From an uncultured Acidobacteriota bacterium (GTDB lineage Bacteria > Acidobacteriota > Thermoanaerobaculia > Multivoradales > SZUA-115): 64,000 nt of DNA. The notes under the pieces are model-generated. The model was not told the origin of the DNA and made no database searches. It saw only the letters and a program-made list of their open reading frames with translations. Shown in pieces: positions 21,463-30,926 of this stretch (position 1 is its first letter; every line of letters begins with the position of its first letter). The DNA lies in assembly GCA_963805975.1 (NCBI GenBank), contig CAWDVR010000005.1, forward strand, positions 512,001-576,000. Reading direction: 5' to 3'. The position numbers and the translations under genes are program-made.

Positions 21463-21491
21463 ACACTAGCGAGGTGCTCCGGCGAAGTCAA
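21463..21491 (-). promoter_or_regulatory. Putative sigma70 promoter of the XRE gene
   Basis: Minus strand TTGACT (21491-21486), 17-nt spacer, TAGTGT (21468-21463). Confidence 0.6.
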
Positions 21492-21558
21492 GATGGGGTG
21501 ACGACATAGGTTGTGGGGGTCATCCGGAAGGCTTGCTGATAATCTGGCGCCGCCTCCC

Positions 21559-22329
21559 ATGCGGCAAAACCTCTTCCTGCTGAAAGAGCTCGTCCAGCGC
21601 GACTTCAAGGGCCGCTACGCCGGCTCCCTGTTCGGCCTTTTCTGGTCCTTCGCCCAGCCGCTCTGGCTTCTGGTGCTCTTCAGCTTCGTGTTCGCCACGG
21701 TGATGAAGATCTCGCTGGCGGGGGAGAGAACGGGGAGCTTCGCGGTGTTCGTGTTCTGCGGCCTCCTGCCATGGACGGCCCTCAACGAGGGCCTCAACCG
21801 GTCGGCGACGGCGGTGACCGACAGCTCCAACCTGGTGAAAAAGCTGCGGTTTCGGTCCCAGATCCTAGTCTTGACCGTGGTTCTGACGGCGCTGCTCCAC
21901 CAAGCGATCGCTATGTCCCTGTTCATGGTCTTCCTGGTCGCGACCGGTGAGCTTGAGTGGCGCGGGCTGCCGTTGCTCGCCCTGGCGATCCCCCTCCAGG
22001 CGGCGCTCACCGTGGGGCTGGGCCTGTTGCTCGCCGCCGTTCACGTGTTCTTCCGCGACACCGCGCAGATTCTGGCGCTCGCGCTCTCCGGCTGGTTCTA
22101 TTTCACGCCGATCGTCTATCCACTGAGCCTGGTTCCCGAGACCATCCGTCCCTGGGTCGAGCTCAACCCGCTGACGGCCCTGGTCGGCCTCTACCGGCAG
22201 GGGCTCCTCGGCGGCACCTTGACGCTGCCCTCGGGCACCGGAGCACTCGCCGTCCTTGCCGTCGTGGCGCTCCTCGGGGGAAGCTGGCTTTTTGGCCGGC
22301 TGGAGCCGCTTTTCGTCGACGAGGTTTGA
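21559..22329 (+). CDS. wzm: ABC-2 polysaccharide export permease
   Basis: RDFKGRYAGSLFGLFWS, six TM segments, FFRD, YFTPIVYP, LNPL. Confidence 0.92.
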   Translation: MRQNLFLLKELVQRDFKGRYAGSLFGLFWSFAQPLWLLVLFSFVFATVMKISLAGERTGSFAVFVFCGLLPWTALNEGLNRSATAVTDSSNLVKKLRFRSQILVLTVVLTALLHQAIAMSLFMVFLVATGELEWRGLPLLALAIPLQAALTVGLGLLLAAVHVFFRDTAQILALALSGWFYFTPIVYPLSLVPETIRPWVELNPLTALVGLYRQGLLGGTLTLPSGTGALAVLAVVALLGGSWLFGRLEPLFVDEV

Positions 22330-22449
22330 ATTCGTTCGCTGCCGTGGCGCAGAGCTTGCTTCCTGTTAGATTCTCGTCTGTAAAGGGCGTGCCTTGGTAC
22401 CGAGCACGCTTCTACCATCCGGTCTCATTCTTGAAGGGCTCGATTCTCT

Positions 22450-24294
22450 ATGCTGATTCAGCGGTTCAGGACTCCTTCGGCCATCTGTTGCCTCGCCGCT
22501 TTCCTCACGGGAACGGCCCTTTTGACCGGCTGCACCGCCAACTCTGCCGCCAACTCGGCCTCTGTGGCGCCGGCCAGCGAAGCAGCTCCGCCGGCAGCGG
22601 CTCCGGGAGCGCCGCCGGTGGCCGAGAAGCCGGCTCCTCCGCCCCCGGCGACCTCGAGCCCGCCCGCGCTGGCAACCTCGACTCCGGTGCGCACTCCGGA
22701 GCAGGCGCTCTCGGCGGTCTCGGGTGCCCAGGTCGATGTGCCTCCTCCCCCGCGGGCGGGCATCGAGCCGCCGGACGGCGTCTGGCTGAGCGACGAGACC
22801 GGCACCGAGTTCTATATCGAGAAGATGAAGCGCTACGAGGGCAAGTACAAGTGGATCACCGATCACCAGATCAACTATCTCGGCGTCAAGGTGGACATCG
22901 TCGACGCCGATGACGACTGGTTCTACGTCAAGGTCTATCGCGTTCGGGACTACGAGCGCAGCATCAAGCGCGTGGACCCGACGCCCGAGCAGCTCGCCGA
23001 GGTCGCGGCCACTTTCTCGGGCGATACCGGTCAATCCGATCGCTTGGAGTTCCGCGCTTTCGACCGTGGGTTGCCGGCCAACGGCCTGTGGCGCAACGGC
23101 TTCGTGATCGCCGACATGAATGGCGATGGCCACCCCGACATCGTGCACAGCCCGCCCCGCAAAGGCGGTGGCCTGCCGATCGTCTTCCTGGGCGACGGCA
23201 AGGGGGGCTGGCAGGTGTGGCGGGAGCTGCGCTATCCGCGGGAGTACGACTACGGCGACGTGGCCGTGGGCGACTTCAATGGCGACCGCCACCAGGACTT
23301 GGCGCTCGCCATCCACCTGCGCGGCATGCGGGTGCTGGTGGGCGACGGCAAGGGCCGTTTCACCGAGTGGTCGGACGGGCTCGACTACCAGGTGCCCGGC
23401 GAAGGTGGCGATTCCTCGGGCTTCTCCTCGCGCGCCGTTCGCGTCGTCGATTGGAATGGCGACGGTCGCCCCGACGTGCTGGCCCTCGCCGAGGGACCCC
23501 GCATCGGCAACCCCTCGGCCGAGCAGAGGCGGCGCGAGGGTCTGGGAGCGGTCGCCTTCGTGGCCGAGGGGCCGATGGTGTTCCTGAACCAGGGCAATGG
23601 GAAGTGGGTGAAGCAGGCCGAACCGGCGAACCTGCAGGGGATCTTCGGCGACGACCTCGAGGTTGGAGACTTCAACGCCGACGGCCGGGTCGACTTCGCG
23701 ACCTCCTCGAGCCGCATGTCGCGGAAGGATCTGGTCAACCTCGGCGGACCTGGCGTCGAATGGAAGGCGGAGATGATCGGGTCTGTGCGGTCCAACGCCT
23801 ACGTGCGCGGCATTTCGGTGGCAGACGTAGACCACGACGGCAAGGACGACCTCTTCGTCTCCTTCGTCTGCTACGAGCTGGGAATCTGGAGAAGCGGGAT
23901 CGACCTGCTCTACTCGCGGCCAGACGGCGCCTGGGAGCGGAAGTCGCTCTTCGCGCGCGAGGACCGCACGGCCTTCTACGGCATGGCCGCCGGTGACCTC
24001 GACGCCGATGGCGCCGTCGATGTCGTGGCGGTCGACAACGACGGCGGCATGCTCGTGCTGCTGGGCGATGGCAAGGGCGGCTTTGCCGTCGAGGAGTCGC
24101 CCGAGCTCAACAAGCTGCGCGGCATGTGCCGCGGCTACCGGGTTGAGCTGGCCGACCTCGACGGCGACGGCCGCGACGAGGTGATCGCCAACTACGCGGA
24201 CGAGCCCTCGGCGCTCTTCGACCCGCAGCGCTGCCTGAATGGCGGCGGTGTGGTGGCCGTCACCTCGGTTGCCAGGGCCGGTGCCGGCCGCTGA
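22450..24294 (+). CDS. FG-GAP/VCBS repeat lipoprotein
   Basis: LLTGC lipobox, Pro/Ala linker, seven DxNGDGxxD-type repeats. Confidence 0.85.
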   Translation: MLIQRFRTPSAICCLAAFLTGTALLTGCTANSAANSASVAPASEAAPPAAAPGAPPVAEKPAPPPPATSSPPALATSTPVRTPEQALSAVSGAQVDVPPPPRAGIEPPDGVWLSDETGTEFYIEKMKRYEGKYKWITDHQINYLGVKVDIVDADDDWFYVKVYRVRDYERSIKRVDPTPEQLAEVAATFSGDTGQSDRLEFRAFDRGLPANGLWRNGFVIADMNGDGHPDIVHSPPRKGGGLPIVFLGDGKGGWQVWRELRYPREYDYGDVAVGDFNGDRHQDLALAIHLRGMRVLVGDGKGRFTEWSDGLDYQVPGEGGDSSGFSSRAVRVVDWNGDGRPDVLALAEGPRIGNPSAEQRRREGLGAVAFVAEGPMVFLNQGNGKWVKQAEPANLQGIFGDDLEVGDFNADGRVDFATSSSRMSRKDLVNLGGPGVEWKAEMIGSVRSNAYVRGISVADVDHDGKDDLFVSFVCYELGIWRSGIDLLYSRPDGAWERKSLFAREDRTAFYGMAAGDLDADGAVDVVAVDNDGGMLVLLGDGKGGFAVEESPELNKLRGMCRGYRVELADLDGDGRDEVIANYADEPSALFDPQRCLNGGGVVAVTSVARAGAGR

Positions 24295-24322
24295 GCCGGC
24301 CAAAAAACCTCCACCAAGCGGC

Positions 24323-24352
24323 TTGACACCTCGAACAGCCGTCCTATAGTGT
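24323..24352 (+). promoter_or_regulatory. Near-consensus sigma70 promoter
   Basis: TTGACA (24323-24328), then TATAGT (16-nt spacer) overlapping TAGTGT (18-nt spacer), preceded by an A-tract; rare by chance in this GC background. Confidence 0.7.
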
Positions 24353-24638
24353 AAGAGCATAAGACGGCCTGACCGCCCGTGAATGCTCGGGAGACAGCTC
24401 CCGGGAGCTCGAGGGTGTAGCGGCCATCGGGTCGCACTCGAGATCGGCTGCGGCCCGATCGACACGCAGCAGCTTCGAACAACGTAAGACCGCTTTGAAT
24501 CTTTTGCTTGGAGGTGATGTTTCTCAGCCGGAAGGAACCACGGAAGGTACTGACAGCTAGTTGGATGTGTTGGGTGGGAAATCCGCTTTGGTTTCCCCGT
24601 GGGAAACAACGTAGTCACCTTTGAGGAGATTGTCTGTC

Positions 24639-25961
24639 ATGAAGAAAACTGCGGTTTGCATCGCGCTCGTGGGCCTGCTGGCCCTGGGCGGTCAGGCGAT
24701 CGCGGAGATTGGGACGATCGACGATGTGCCGGCGGCGACTTTGCTGCTGCCGTACTTCGCGGTCGATCTCAACGATCCGCTGGCCTTGACGACCCTGTTC
24801 TCGATCAACAATGCCTCGGCGGCCCCGGCGATCGCCCACGTCACTCTGTGGACGGACCTGTCGGTACCGACGCTCGACTTCAACGTCTACCTGACCGGGT
24901 ATGACGTGGTCACGTTCAACCTGCGCGACCTGTTCACCACGGGTACGGTGCCGGCGACGGAGCACATCAACGACGGCGATGCGATCTCGCCGGTGGGTGT
25001 GTTCTCGTTGGTGACCAACCCGATCACGGGCGTGGGCCCGGGCTCGACGTCGTGCAACGGCCAGTTGCCGTTGCCGCCGCTGCCGGGCGTGCTGCTCGAC
25101 CACATTCGTGCGGCGCACACCGGTTTGGCTTCGCCGGTGGTGTTCGGTGGTCTGTGCTCGGGTGTGGAGTATGGCGACAACATTGCTCGCGGTTACATCA
25201 CGATCGACAGCGTGAACTTCTGCACGCTGGACTTCCCCGGCGACACCGGTTACTTCATTGCCGGTGGCAACGGTGCGGCGAACAACCTGAACCAGCTCTG
25301 GGGCGACTACTTCTACGTCAATTCGGGTGAGAACTTCGCGCAGGGCGAGACGCTGGTGCATCTCGAGGCGTCGGCGGCACTGGGTGCGGCGAACTACACG
25401 TACTACCGTCGGTACAGCGGCGGCGCTGACCAGCGCGAGGGCATGGGCTCGACGTTCGCGGTGCGTTACAACGATGGTGGTGCGTTCTCGGGTGGTACGA
25501 GCCTGGTGGTGTGGCGCGATGCGAAGCGGACGATCTTCCCGTTCTCGTGCGCTCTGACGGCTCCGGCTCCGTATCCGTTGGGTCAGACGCAGATCGTGAT
25601 CTTCGACGAAGACGAGAACCCGGACGTTCCGGAGTCCTCGCCGTTCTCGCCGGTGATCCCGGGTACGTCTCTGCTGCCGTTCCCGTGGGAGACGCAGTCG
25701 ACGCAGGTCAACGGTCCGGACTTCCCGGTGCCGTTCAACTTCGGTTGGCTGTACCTGAACCTGAACGCCGCAGTGGCGGGCAGCCAGGTGCCGTTCGAGC
25801 CGATCATGCAGAACTGGGTGACGGCGCTGATGGATGCCGACGGTCGGTTCAGCGTGGGCTTCGATGCGATCCAGCTCGACAACGTGACCGACCCGGCCAC
25901 GGCGACGAACATCCTGCTCCCGGTCTGCGACGGCGCACCGGATCCGGCTGGCTGCTTCTAG
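24639..25961 (+). CDS. Secreted 440-aa acidic protein, S-layer protein candidate
   Basis: GAGGAG RBS; Sec signal MKKTAVC...QAIA; mature EIGTIDDVPAATLLLPYF..., one Lys and six Cys in mature part, frequent GGT/TCG/GTG codons. CDS is solid; S-layer role is inference. Confidence 0.8.
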   Translation: MKKTAVCIALVGLLALGGQAIAEIGTIDDVPAATLLLPYFAVDLNDPLALTTLFSINNASAAPAIAHVTLWTDLSVPTLDFNVYLTGYDVVTFNLRDLFTTGTVPATEHINDGDAISPVGVFSLVTNPITGVGPGSTSCNGQLPLPPLPGVLLDHIRAAHTGLASPVVFGGLCSGVEYGDNIARGYITIDSVNFCTLDFPGDTGYFIAGGNGAANNLNQLWGDYFYVNSGENFAQGETLVHLEASAALGAANYTYYRRYSGGADQREGMGSTFAVRYNDGGAFSGGTSLVVWRDAKRTIFPFSCALTAPAPYPLGQTQIVIFDEDENPDVPESSPFSPVIPGTSLLPFPWETQSTQVNGPDFPVPFNFGWLYLNLNAAVAGSQVPFEPIMQNWVTALMDADGRFSVGFDAIQLDNVTDPATATNILLPVCDGAPDPAGCF

Positions 25962-25988
25962 TGGTTCGCGAGTAGCGTTTGCTCGACT

Positions 25989-26024
25989 CCAGGTGGGCCT
26001 GGCCTCCAGGCCCACCTGGTTTCT
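25989..26024 (+). terminator. Intrinsic terminator / stabilising hairpin
   Basis: CCAGGTGGGCCTGG-CCT-CCAGGCCCACCTGG 14-bp perfect stem followed by TTTCT. Confidence 0.75.
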
Positions 26025-26170
26025 CCGGCAGCCTCTGCAACGTGCTCCTCGTCACCGCGGGGCAGATTGGAGCGGCCAGCCACCGGCCAGCGAGCACACT
26101 CGCTCCGGCGGGAACTCTTCAACCCGGCGATCCGATCAGAGCCGGCTTTTCCAAGGACGGTAAACAATTG

Positions 26171-29100
26171 ATGGAGCTACGCTCGATGACCCGGAAGACC
26201 GCCCTGCAAGTTCCATGCTGCGTGAGCCTATGCCTACTCCTCGCGGTCGCCGTGTCTGCGCCGGTCGAGGCTCAGGGAAGCTGCCAGTTCTCCCTCGCCG
26301 CAGCCCCCGCATCGGGTGTGCCGGCGGCGCTCTGGGGCGACCTGAAGCCCGTGGACGCCGGCCAGCTGCCGTCGGACCGCGACAACACCGGGATGAGCGA
26401 CCTGATCTCGCCAAGCGAGACGCGGCCGCGCTGGATGTCGATCGACATCGAGAACAGCTACGGTTTCGTGGCCATCACCCACGGCTTGCAGATCTGGGAT
26501 CTCTCGAGCCCGGCTGCGCCCGCCTTCCGCGGCGTCGCCGGACCTGGCTCCTTTCTCTCCTGGCGCACGGACCCGCACGAGGGCAACCCGGCGCGTGACG
26601 TCGACTCTCCGCCAGGCAACGACGACGTGACCGCGGTCGCCGTGGTCGGCGGTGGTGGGCTCAACGTGTTCGACACCAGCGTCAAGAACAGCCCGGTGGC
26701 GCGCTACGCCGACGGCGGCAAGACGGCGAACCAGGTCTACGCCGGGCGCGTCGGCGGCAAGGACTATGCCTTCGTCGCCAGCACCGACGCAGGGCTCCTG
26801 GCCTACGACCTCGAAGTCGCCGGCAACCTGACGACGGCCTGTATCGACAACTCTCCCAGCTCGGTCACCTGCGGCGTTTACCGTGGTCGGATCGGCTCCC
26901 GCGGAGGGTTGCTGTACGTGGACGGCGTGTCCAACGCGGCGCAGACGCAGCTCTGGGTCGCCTCCGCCGGCGGCCGCACCAGCACGGGGATGGAGCTGTG
27001 GAACGTCTCCAATCCCACCAACCCTCAGCTCGTTTTCGCGCCGACCTTCCCGGAGTCGCCGTCCTACCCGGACTTCGTCCACGGTGTCGCCCTCTGGCGT
27101 AACGGGTCGAGCTACTACCTGGCGCTGCGGGTCGAGGTGGGCAACAACACCACCTCGGCGCGCATCTACGACGTGAGCTGCATCGCCACCAGCTCCTGCA
27201 CCGGCCTGCCGGCCCCGATCTGGTCGCGCAACCTGCCCAACGAGTCGGCGGAGTTCTACATTACCGCTTCCGAGGGCGCCGGCCGACGCTTCCTGTACTT
27301 CGGCAACAACAACCGCTGCGCGAGCGGGCTGCAGAACGAGTGGCTCTACGACGTCAGCAGCCCCTCCTCGCCGACCGACGTCACACCCGGCCCGGGTCTG
27401 GTGGGCGGCGAGCAGACGGGCTACTGGGGCTGGTACTACCGCGCCAACCCCACCGGTTTCAACGAGATCGACCCGCGGATCGGGAAGTTCAACGGCCAGC
27501 ACTTCTATCGCACTGCCTACAGCATCTTCGACATCCACGTGTTGAACAGCGGAGGCCCGCCCACGGCGGCCTTCAGCCACACGCCGGCCCTGGTCTACGA
27601 AGGCCAGCAGATCGACTTTGCGGACAGCTCGCTCGGCAACCCGGCCTCTTGGAGCTGGACCTTCCAGGACGCGACGCCTCCGACCTCGACCAGCCAGAAC
27701 CCGCAGAACGTCGTGTTCAACTCACCGGGCGCCAAGTCGGTCTCGCTCCAGGTGACGAATGGCTTCGGCACCGACACCGAGGTGCAGAGCATCAACGTGC
27801 TCGACCCGGCACCGGTGGTGGCGAGCGTTACCGTCTCGCCCAACCCCGCGTTCGTCTGCCAGCCCATCACCTTCACGGCCACCGGCGTCACCGGTTTCCC
27901 CCTGCCGACCCTCTCCTGGGACGTCCAGGGCACCAGCGGCTCGGTCGCGACGGGCGGCAACGTCAACCCGTTCGTCTGGTCCACCACGGGTGCCACTCTT
28001 CCCGGTACCTACACGGGTACCGTGACCGCCGCCAGCGGCGCCGGCTCCGACGCGGCCATCAGCCCGACGCTGGTGCTCAGCGCGCTCCCGACCCTACCCT
28101 TGGCCGGTGCCTTCACGCCTATCACCGACCTCTTTACCGGCGGGACGGTGCAGTTCCATGTCAACGCCCTGGGCGCCACGGCGTGGTGCTGGAACTTCGG
28201 CGACGGCACCTCGTTCCCCACCGGCTGCCTGCCCTCGAACCCCGGTAGCTTCAGCACCGATCCGGTGGCGGGTCCGAACCCGTCGCACACCTACCAGTCG
28301 GTCAACACCTACGTGGTGAGCGTCAGCATCCGCAACTGCGTCGAGGGGGTGCGGACCAGCGCGCCGCTCTCCGTCAGCGTGACCCAGGTCACGCCGCTGA
28401 TCGCGGACTTCGCGGCCCAGGGCGTCTTCTGCACCGGCTCCGGCTGCTTCGCCAACACCAACACGCCGATCACCTTCACCAATCTGACGACCGGCCTGCC
28501 GGACTTCTACGATTACGATTGGGCGGGTGACGGGACCTACGAGGACGCCAACCACACGACGCCCGTGACCATCCACACCTATAGCGCGACGGGCACCGTG
28601 AAGCCCACGCTGCGGGTACGGCGTGGTACCGAGCAGGACGTCTTCGAACACCGTCAGATCGTGCTCTCGACCGGAAGTGGCGGCGGCCTGCCGAGCGCCG
28701 CGATCAGCGGTCCCTTGTCCGGACAGGTGGGAGCTGCGCTCTCGTACAGCGTCTCGGCCAGCAACTGCTCGCCCGCGCCCTCCACCTGGACCTGGGACGT
28801 CGGCGGCGGCACCATCAGCGGCTCGACCACCGGCAACCAGATCTCGGTGAGCTTCTCGACGTCGGGCACGAAGGTCATTCGCGCCACGGCCGGCGCCGGC
28901 GGCTGCACCGGTACGTCCGACACCCACTCGGTCTCCATCACCACCCCGACCGGCGGCGGGACATTGGCTGCCAACTTCAGCTTCACCCCGATCAACCCGA
29001 CCCCTGGCCAGCAGGTTTCCTTCGATGGCACCACCTCGACCGGAAGCCCGACCGGCTTCACCTGGCACTTTGGCGACAACACCTCCGGTACCGGCGTGAA

Positions 29101-30916
29101 CGTCACCCACACCTACGCGCAGAGCGGCACCTACCAGGTGCAACTGGAAGTGAGCAAGCCGGGCAACACCTGCCCGTTCGGTACCTGCTCCGCCTCGGTC
29201 ACCAAGACGGTGACGGTGGGCGGCCCGACCGTTGCCGCGAGCTTCACCAGCAACGCCACCTGCGGCGCCTTCGAATGCACGGCCGAAACCGGCCAAGCGG
29301 TGAGCTTCACCTCCACCTCGCAGAACGCGACGGTGCTGGATTGGACCTTCGGTGACCAGACCTCGGCCACCGGCGCCACCGCCAGCCACACCTGGAACGT
29401 CGCCGGCAACTACCAAGTCGTGCTGACGGCGCGCGACGGCCAGGGCGGCAGCGCTCAGGCCACCAAGCTCTTCCGCGTCGAGGAGCCGCCGACGCAGGAC
29501 GAGGTCGTGATCCTGCCCTGGATCGCCGACACCACCGGTGCGCTCGAGCAACTGAGCGACCTGTACGTGACGAACCCCGGCACGGAGCCGATGAACATCG
29601 AGATCAGCTTCCGTGTCCGCGGCACACCCGAGGCGACGCCCCCCAGCGCAACCCGCACCGTGGGGCCGAAGGCCACGTTCTACGCCCCGGACGTGCTCAA
29701 CGATCTGTTCGATCGCAACGACACCGGCGGCTTCCTGGTGGTGAAGGCGCTGGACGTCGCCGTGGAGCCGGTGGTGGTCTCTCTCAATCGGACCTTCCAG
29801 CCCGGGGGCAAGACCTACGGACAGCTCGTGCCCGGCATCGGCGACCGCGAGCTGGCGGACATCGGCCGGGACAGCGGTGGCACGCAGTACCTGCTCGGGC
29901 TGTTCGATACCAATGAGCGCCTGACGCAGATCGGCCTCACCAACCCGCACCCCGAGACGGCCACGTATCGCCTGCGCTTCGTCGACCATCTCGGCAACAT
30001 CATCGCCAGCACGCCCCAGGCGCTGGCGGTCGCACCCTGGGGGCAGAAGCAGTTCCAGGTGCAGGAGCTTCGCGACCGCTTCGGTCTCGTGGGTCGCGAC
30101 GACTACCGGGTGGAGGTCGTCCAGGTCTCGGGTCAGACCCTCTTCGCCTACGCGGGCGTGATCCGCACCGGCACCGAGGATCCCTCCTTCGTGCAGGTCA
30201 GCCTGCCGAACCGGGCGCACACCTACCTGGTGGGCGCCACCTCCACGCCGGGCTTCAACAACGCGCTCTTCGTCACCGACGTGGTGCTCTCGAACCCGAC
30301 GACCCAGGTGATGCAGGTCGAGATGAAGTTCCGGGGACTCGGCGTCGACAGCCCCGAGCTGGGACCGGTCGACATCACCCTGTTGCCGAACGAGACGCAG
30401 CGCATCGAGGACGTGATCTTCGACCGCTTCAACCTGCACGACACGGTCGGCTTCCTCACCTTCGACAGTGAAGGCGCCGGCGGGCTCTTCCCGCTGATCC
30501 ACGGCGAGGTCTACCAGGACAGCGGCCCGCAGGCGCGCTACGGCCTGTTCATGCCCTCGCGCCGTGACGCCGAGATTGCCGGGGTCGGCCAGCAGCTCGT
30601 GCTCTCGGGCCTGCGTCAGCTCGCGGAAGACTCGAACACCAGCCTGCTCCTCTTCAACCCGGCCGAGGAGTCCGCGCTCTGCGACCTCGTCTACTACGGC
30701 CTGGGCGGCCAGGAGCTGGGACGGATCACCAACTACACGGTCTCGCCGGGAGGCATGCGGCAGATCAACCCGTCACGCCATCCGCTGCCTGCCGGCGGCG
30801 TGACCGGCGGCTTCTCGGTGGTGGTGGAGGTCAAGGCCGGTAGTTTGATGGGTGGAGCGCAGGTGGTCATCAACCGGACGAACGACCCGGCCTACATCTC
30901 GGCCGCCGTTCGTTGA
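26171..30916 (+). CDS. Large secreted multi-PKD surface protein
   Basis: Signal peptide; N-terminal propeller-like region (GLQIWDLS, GLNVFDTS, GMELWNVS); several PKD/Ig-like repeats (WNFGDG, WHFGDN, WTFGDQ); four C-terminal repeats with NP motif; start could be 26186. Confidence 0.85.
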   Translation: MELRSMTRKTALQVPCCVSLCLLLAVAVSAPVEAQGSCQFSLAAAPASGVPAALWGDLKPVDAGQLPSDRDNTGMSDLISPSETRPRWMSIDIENSYGFVAITHGLQIWDLSSPAAPAFRGVAGPGSFLSWRTDPHEGNPARDVDSPPGNDDVTAVAVVGGGGLNVFDTSVKNSPVARYADGGKTANQVYAGRVGGKDYAFVASTDAGLLAYDLEVAGNLTTACIDNSPSSVTCGVYRGRIGSRGGLLYVDGVSNAAQTQLWVASAGGRTSTGMELWNVSNPTNPQLVFAPTFPESPSYPDFVHGVALWRNGSSYYLALRVEVGNNTTSARIYDVSCIATSSCTGLPAPIWSRNLPNESAEFYITASEGAGRRFLYFGNNNRCASGLQNEWLYDVSSPSSPTDVTPGPGLVGGEQTGYWGWYYRANPTGFNEIDPRIGKFNGQHFYRTAYSIFDIHVLNSGGPPTAAFSHTPALVYEGQQIDFADSSLGNPASWSWTFQDATPPTSTSQNPQNVVFNSPGAKSVSLQVTNGFGTDTEVQSINVLDPAPVVASVTVSPNPAFVCQPITFTATGVTGFPLPTLSWDVQGTSGSVATGGNVNPFVWSTTGATLPGTYTGTVTAASGAGSDAAISPTLVLSALPTLPLAGAFTPITDLFTGGTVQFHVNALGATAWCWNFGDGTSFPTGCLPSNPGSFSTDPVAGPNPSHTYQSVNTYVVSVSIRNCVEGVRTSAPLSVSVTQVTPLIADFAAQGVFCTGSGCFANTNTPITFTNLTTGLPDFYDYDWAGDGTYEDANHTTPVTIHTYSATGTVKPTLRVRRGTEQDVFEHRQIVLSTGSGGGLPSAAISGPLSGQVGAALSYSVSASNCSPAPSTWTWDVGGGTISGSTTGNQISVSFSTSGTKVIRATAGAGGCTGTSDTHSVSITTPTGGGTLAANFSFTPINPTPGQQVSFDGTTSTGSPTGFTWHFGDNTSGTGVNVTHTYAQSGTYQVQLEVSKPGNTCPFGTCSASVTKTVTVGGPTVAASFTSNATCGAFECTAETGQAVSFTSTSQNATVLDWTFGDQTSATGATASHTWNVAGNYQVVLTARDGQGGSAQATKLFRVEEPPTQDEVVILPWIADTTGALEQLSDLYVTNPGTEPMNIEISFRVRGTPEATPPSATRTVGPKATFYAPDVLNDLFDRNDTGGFLVVKALDVAVEPVVVSLNRTFQPGGKTYGQLVPGIGDRELADIGRDSGGTQYLLGLFDTNERLTQIGLTNPHPETATYRLRFVDHLGNIIASTPQALAVAPWGQKQFQVQELRDRFGLVGRDDYRVEVVQVSGQTLFAYAGVIRTGTEDPSFVQVSLPNRAHTYLVGATSTPGFNNALFVTDVVLSNPTTQVMQVEMKFRGLGVDSPELGPVDITLLPNETQRIEDVIFDRFNLHDTVGFLTFDSEGAGGLFPLIHGEVYQDSGPQARYGLFMPSRRDAEIAGVGQQLVLSGLRQLAEDSNTSLLLFNPAEESALCDLVYYGLGGQELGRITNYTVSPGGMRQINPSRHPLPAGGVTGGFSVVVEVKAGSLMGGAQVVINRTNDPAYISAAVR

Positions 30917-30926
30917 CACGCCCCCG

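Noticed and set aside
24357-24638. tRNA or known riboswitch (e.g. c-di-GMP-I) in the long intergenic region
   Set aside because: No cloverleaf/TTC-arm or recognisable riboswitch consensus seen by eye; needs an Rfam scan
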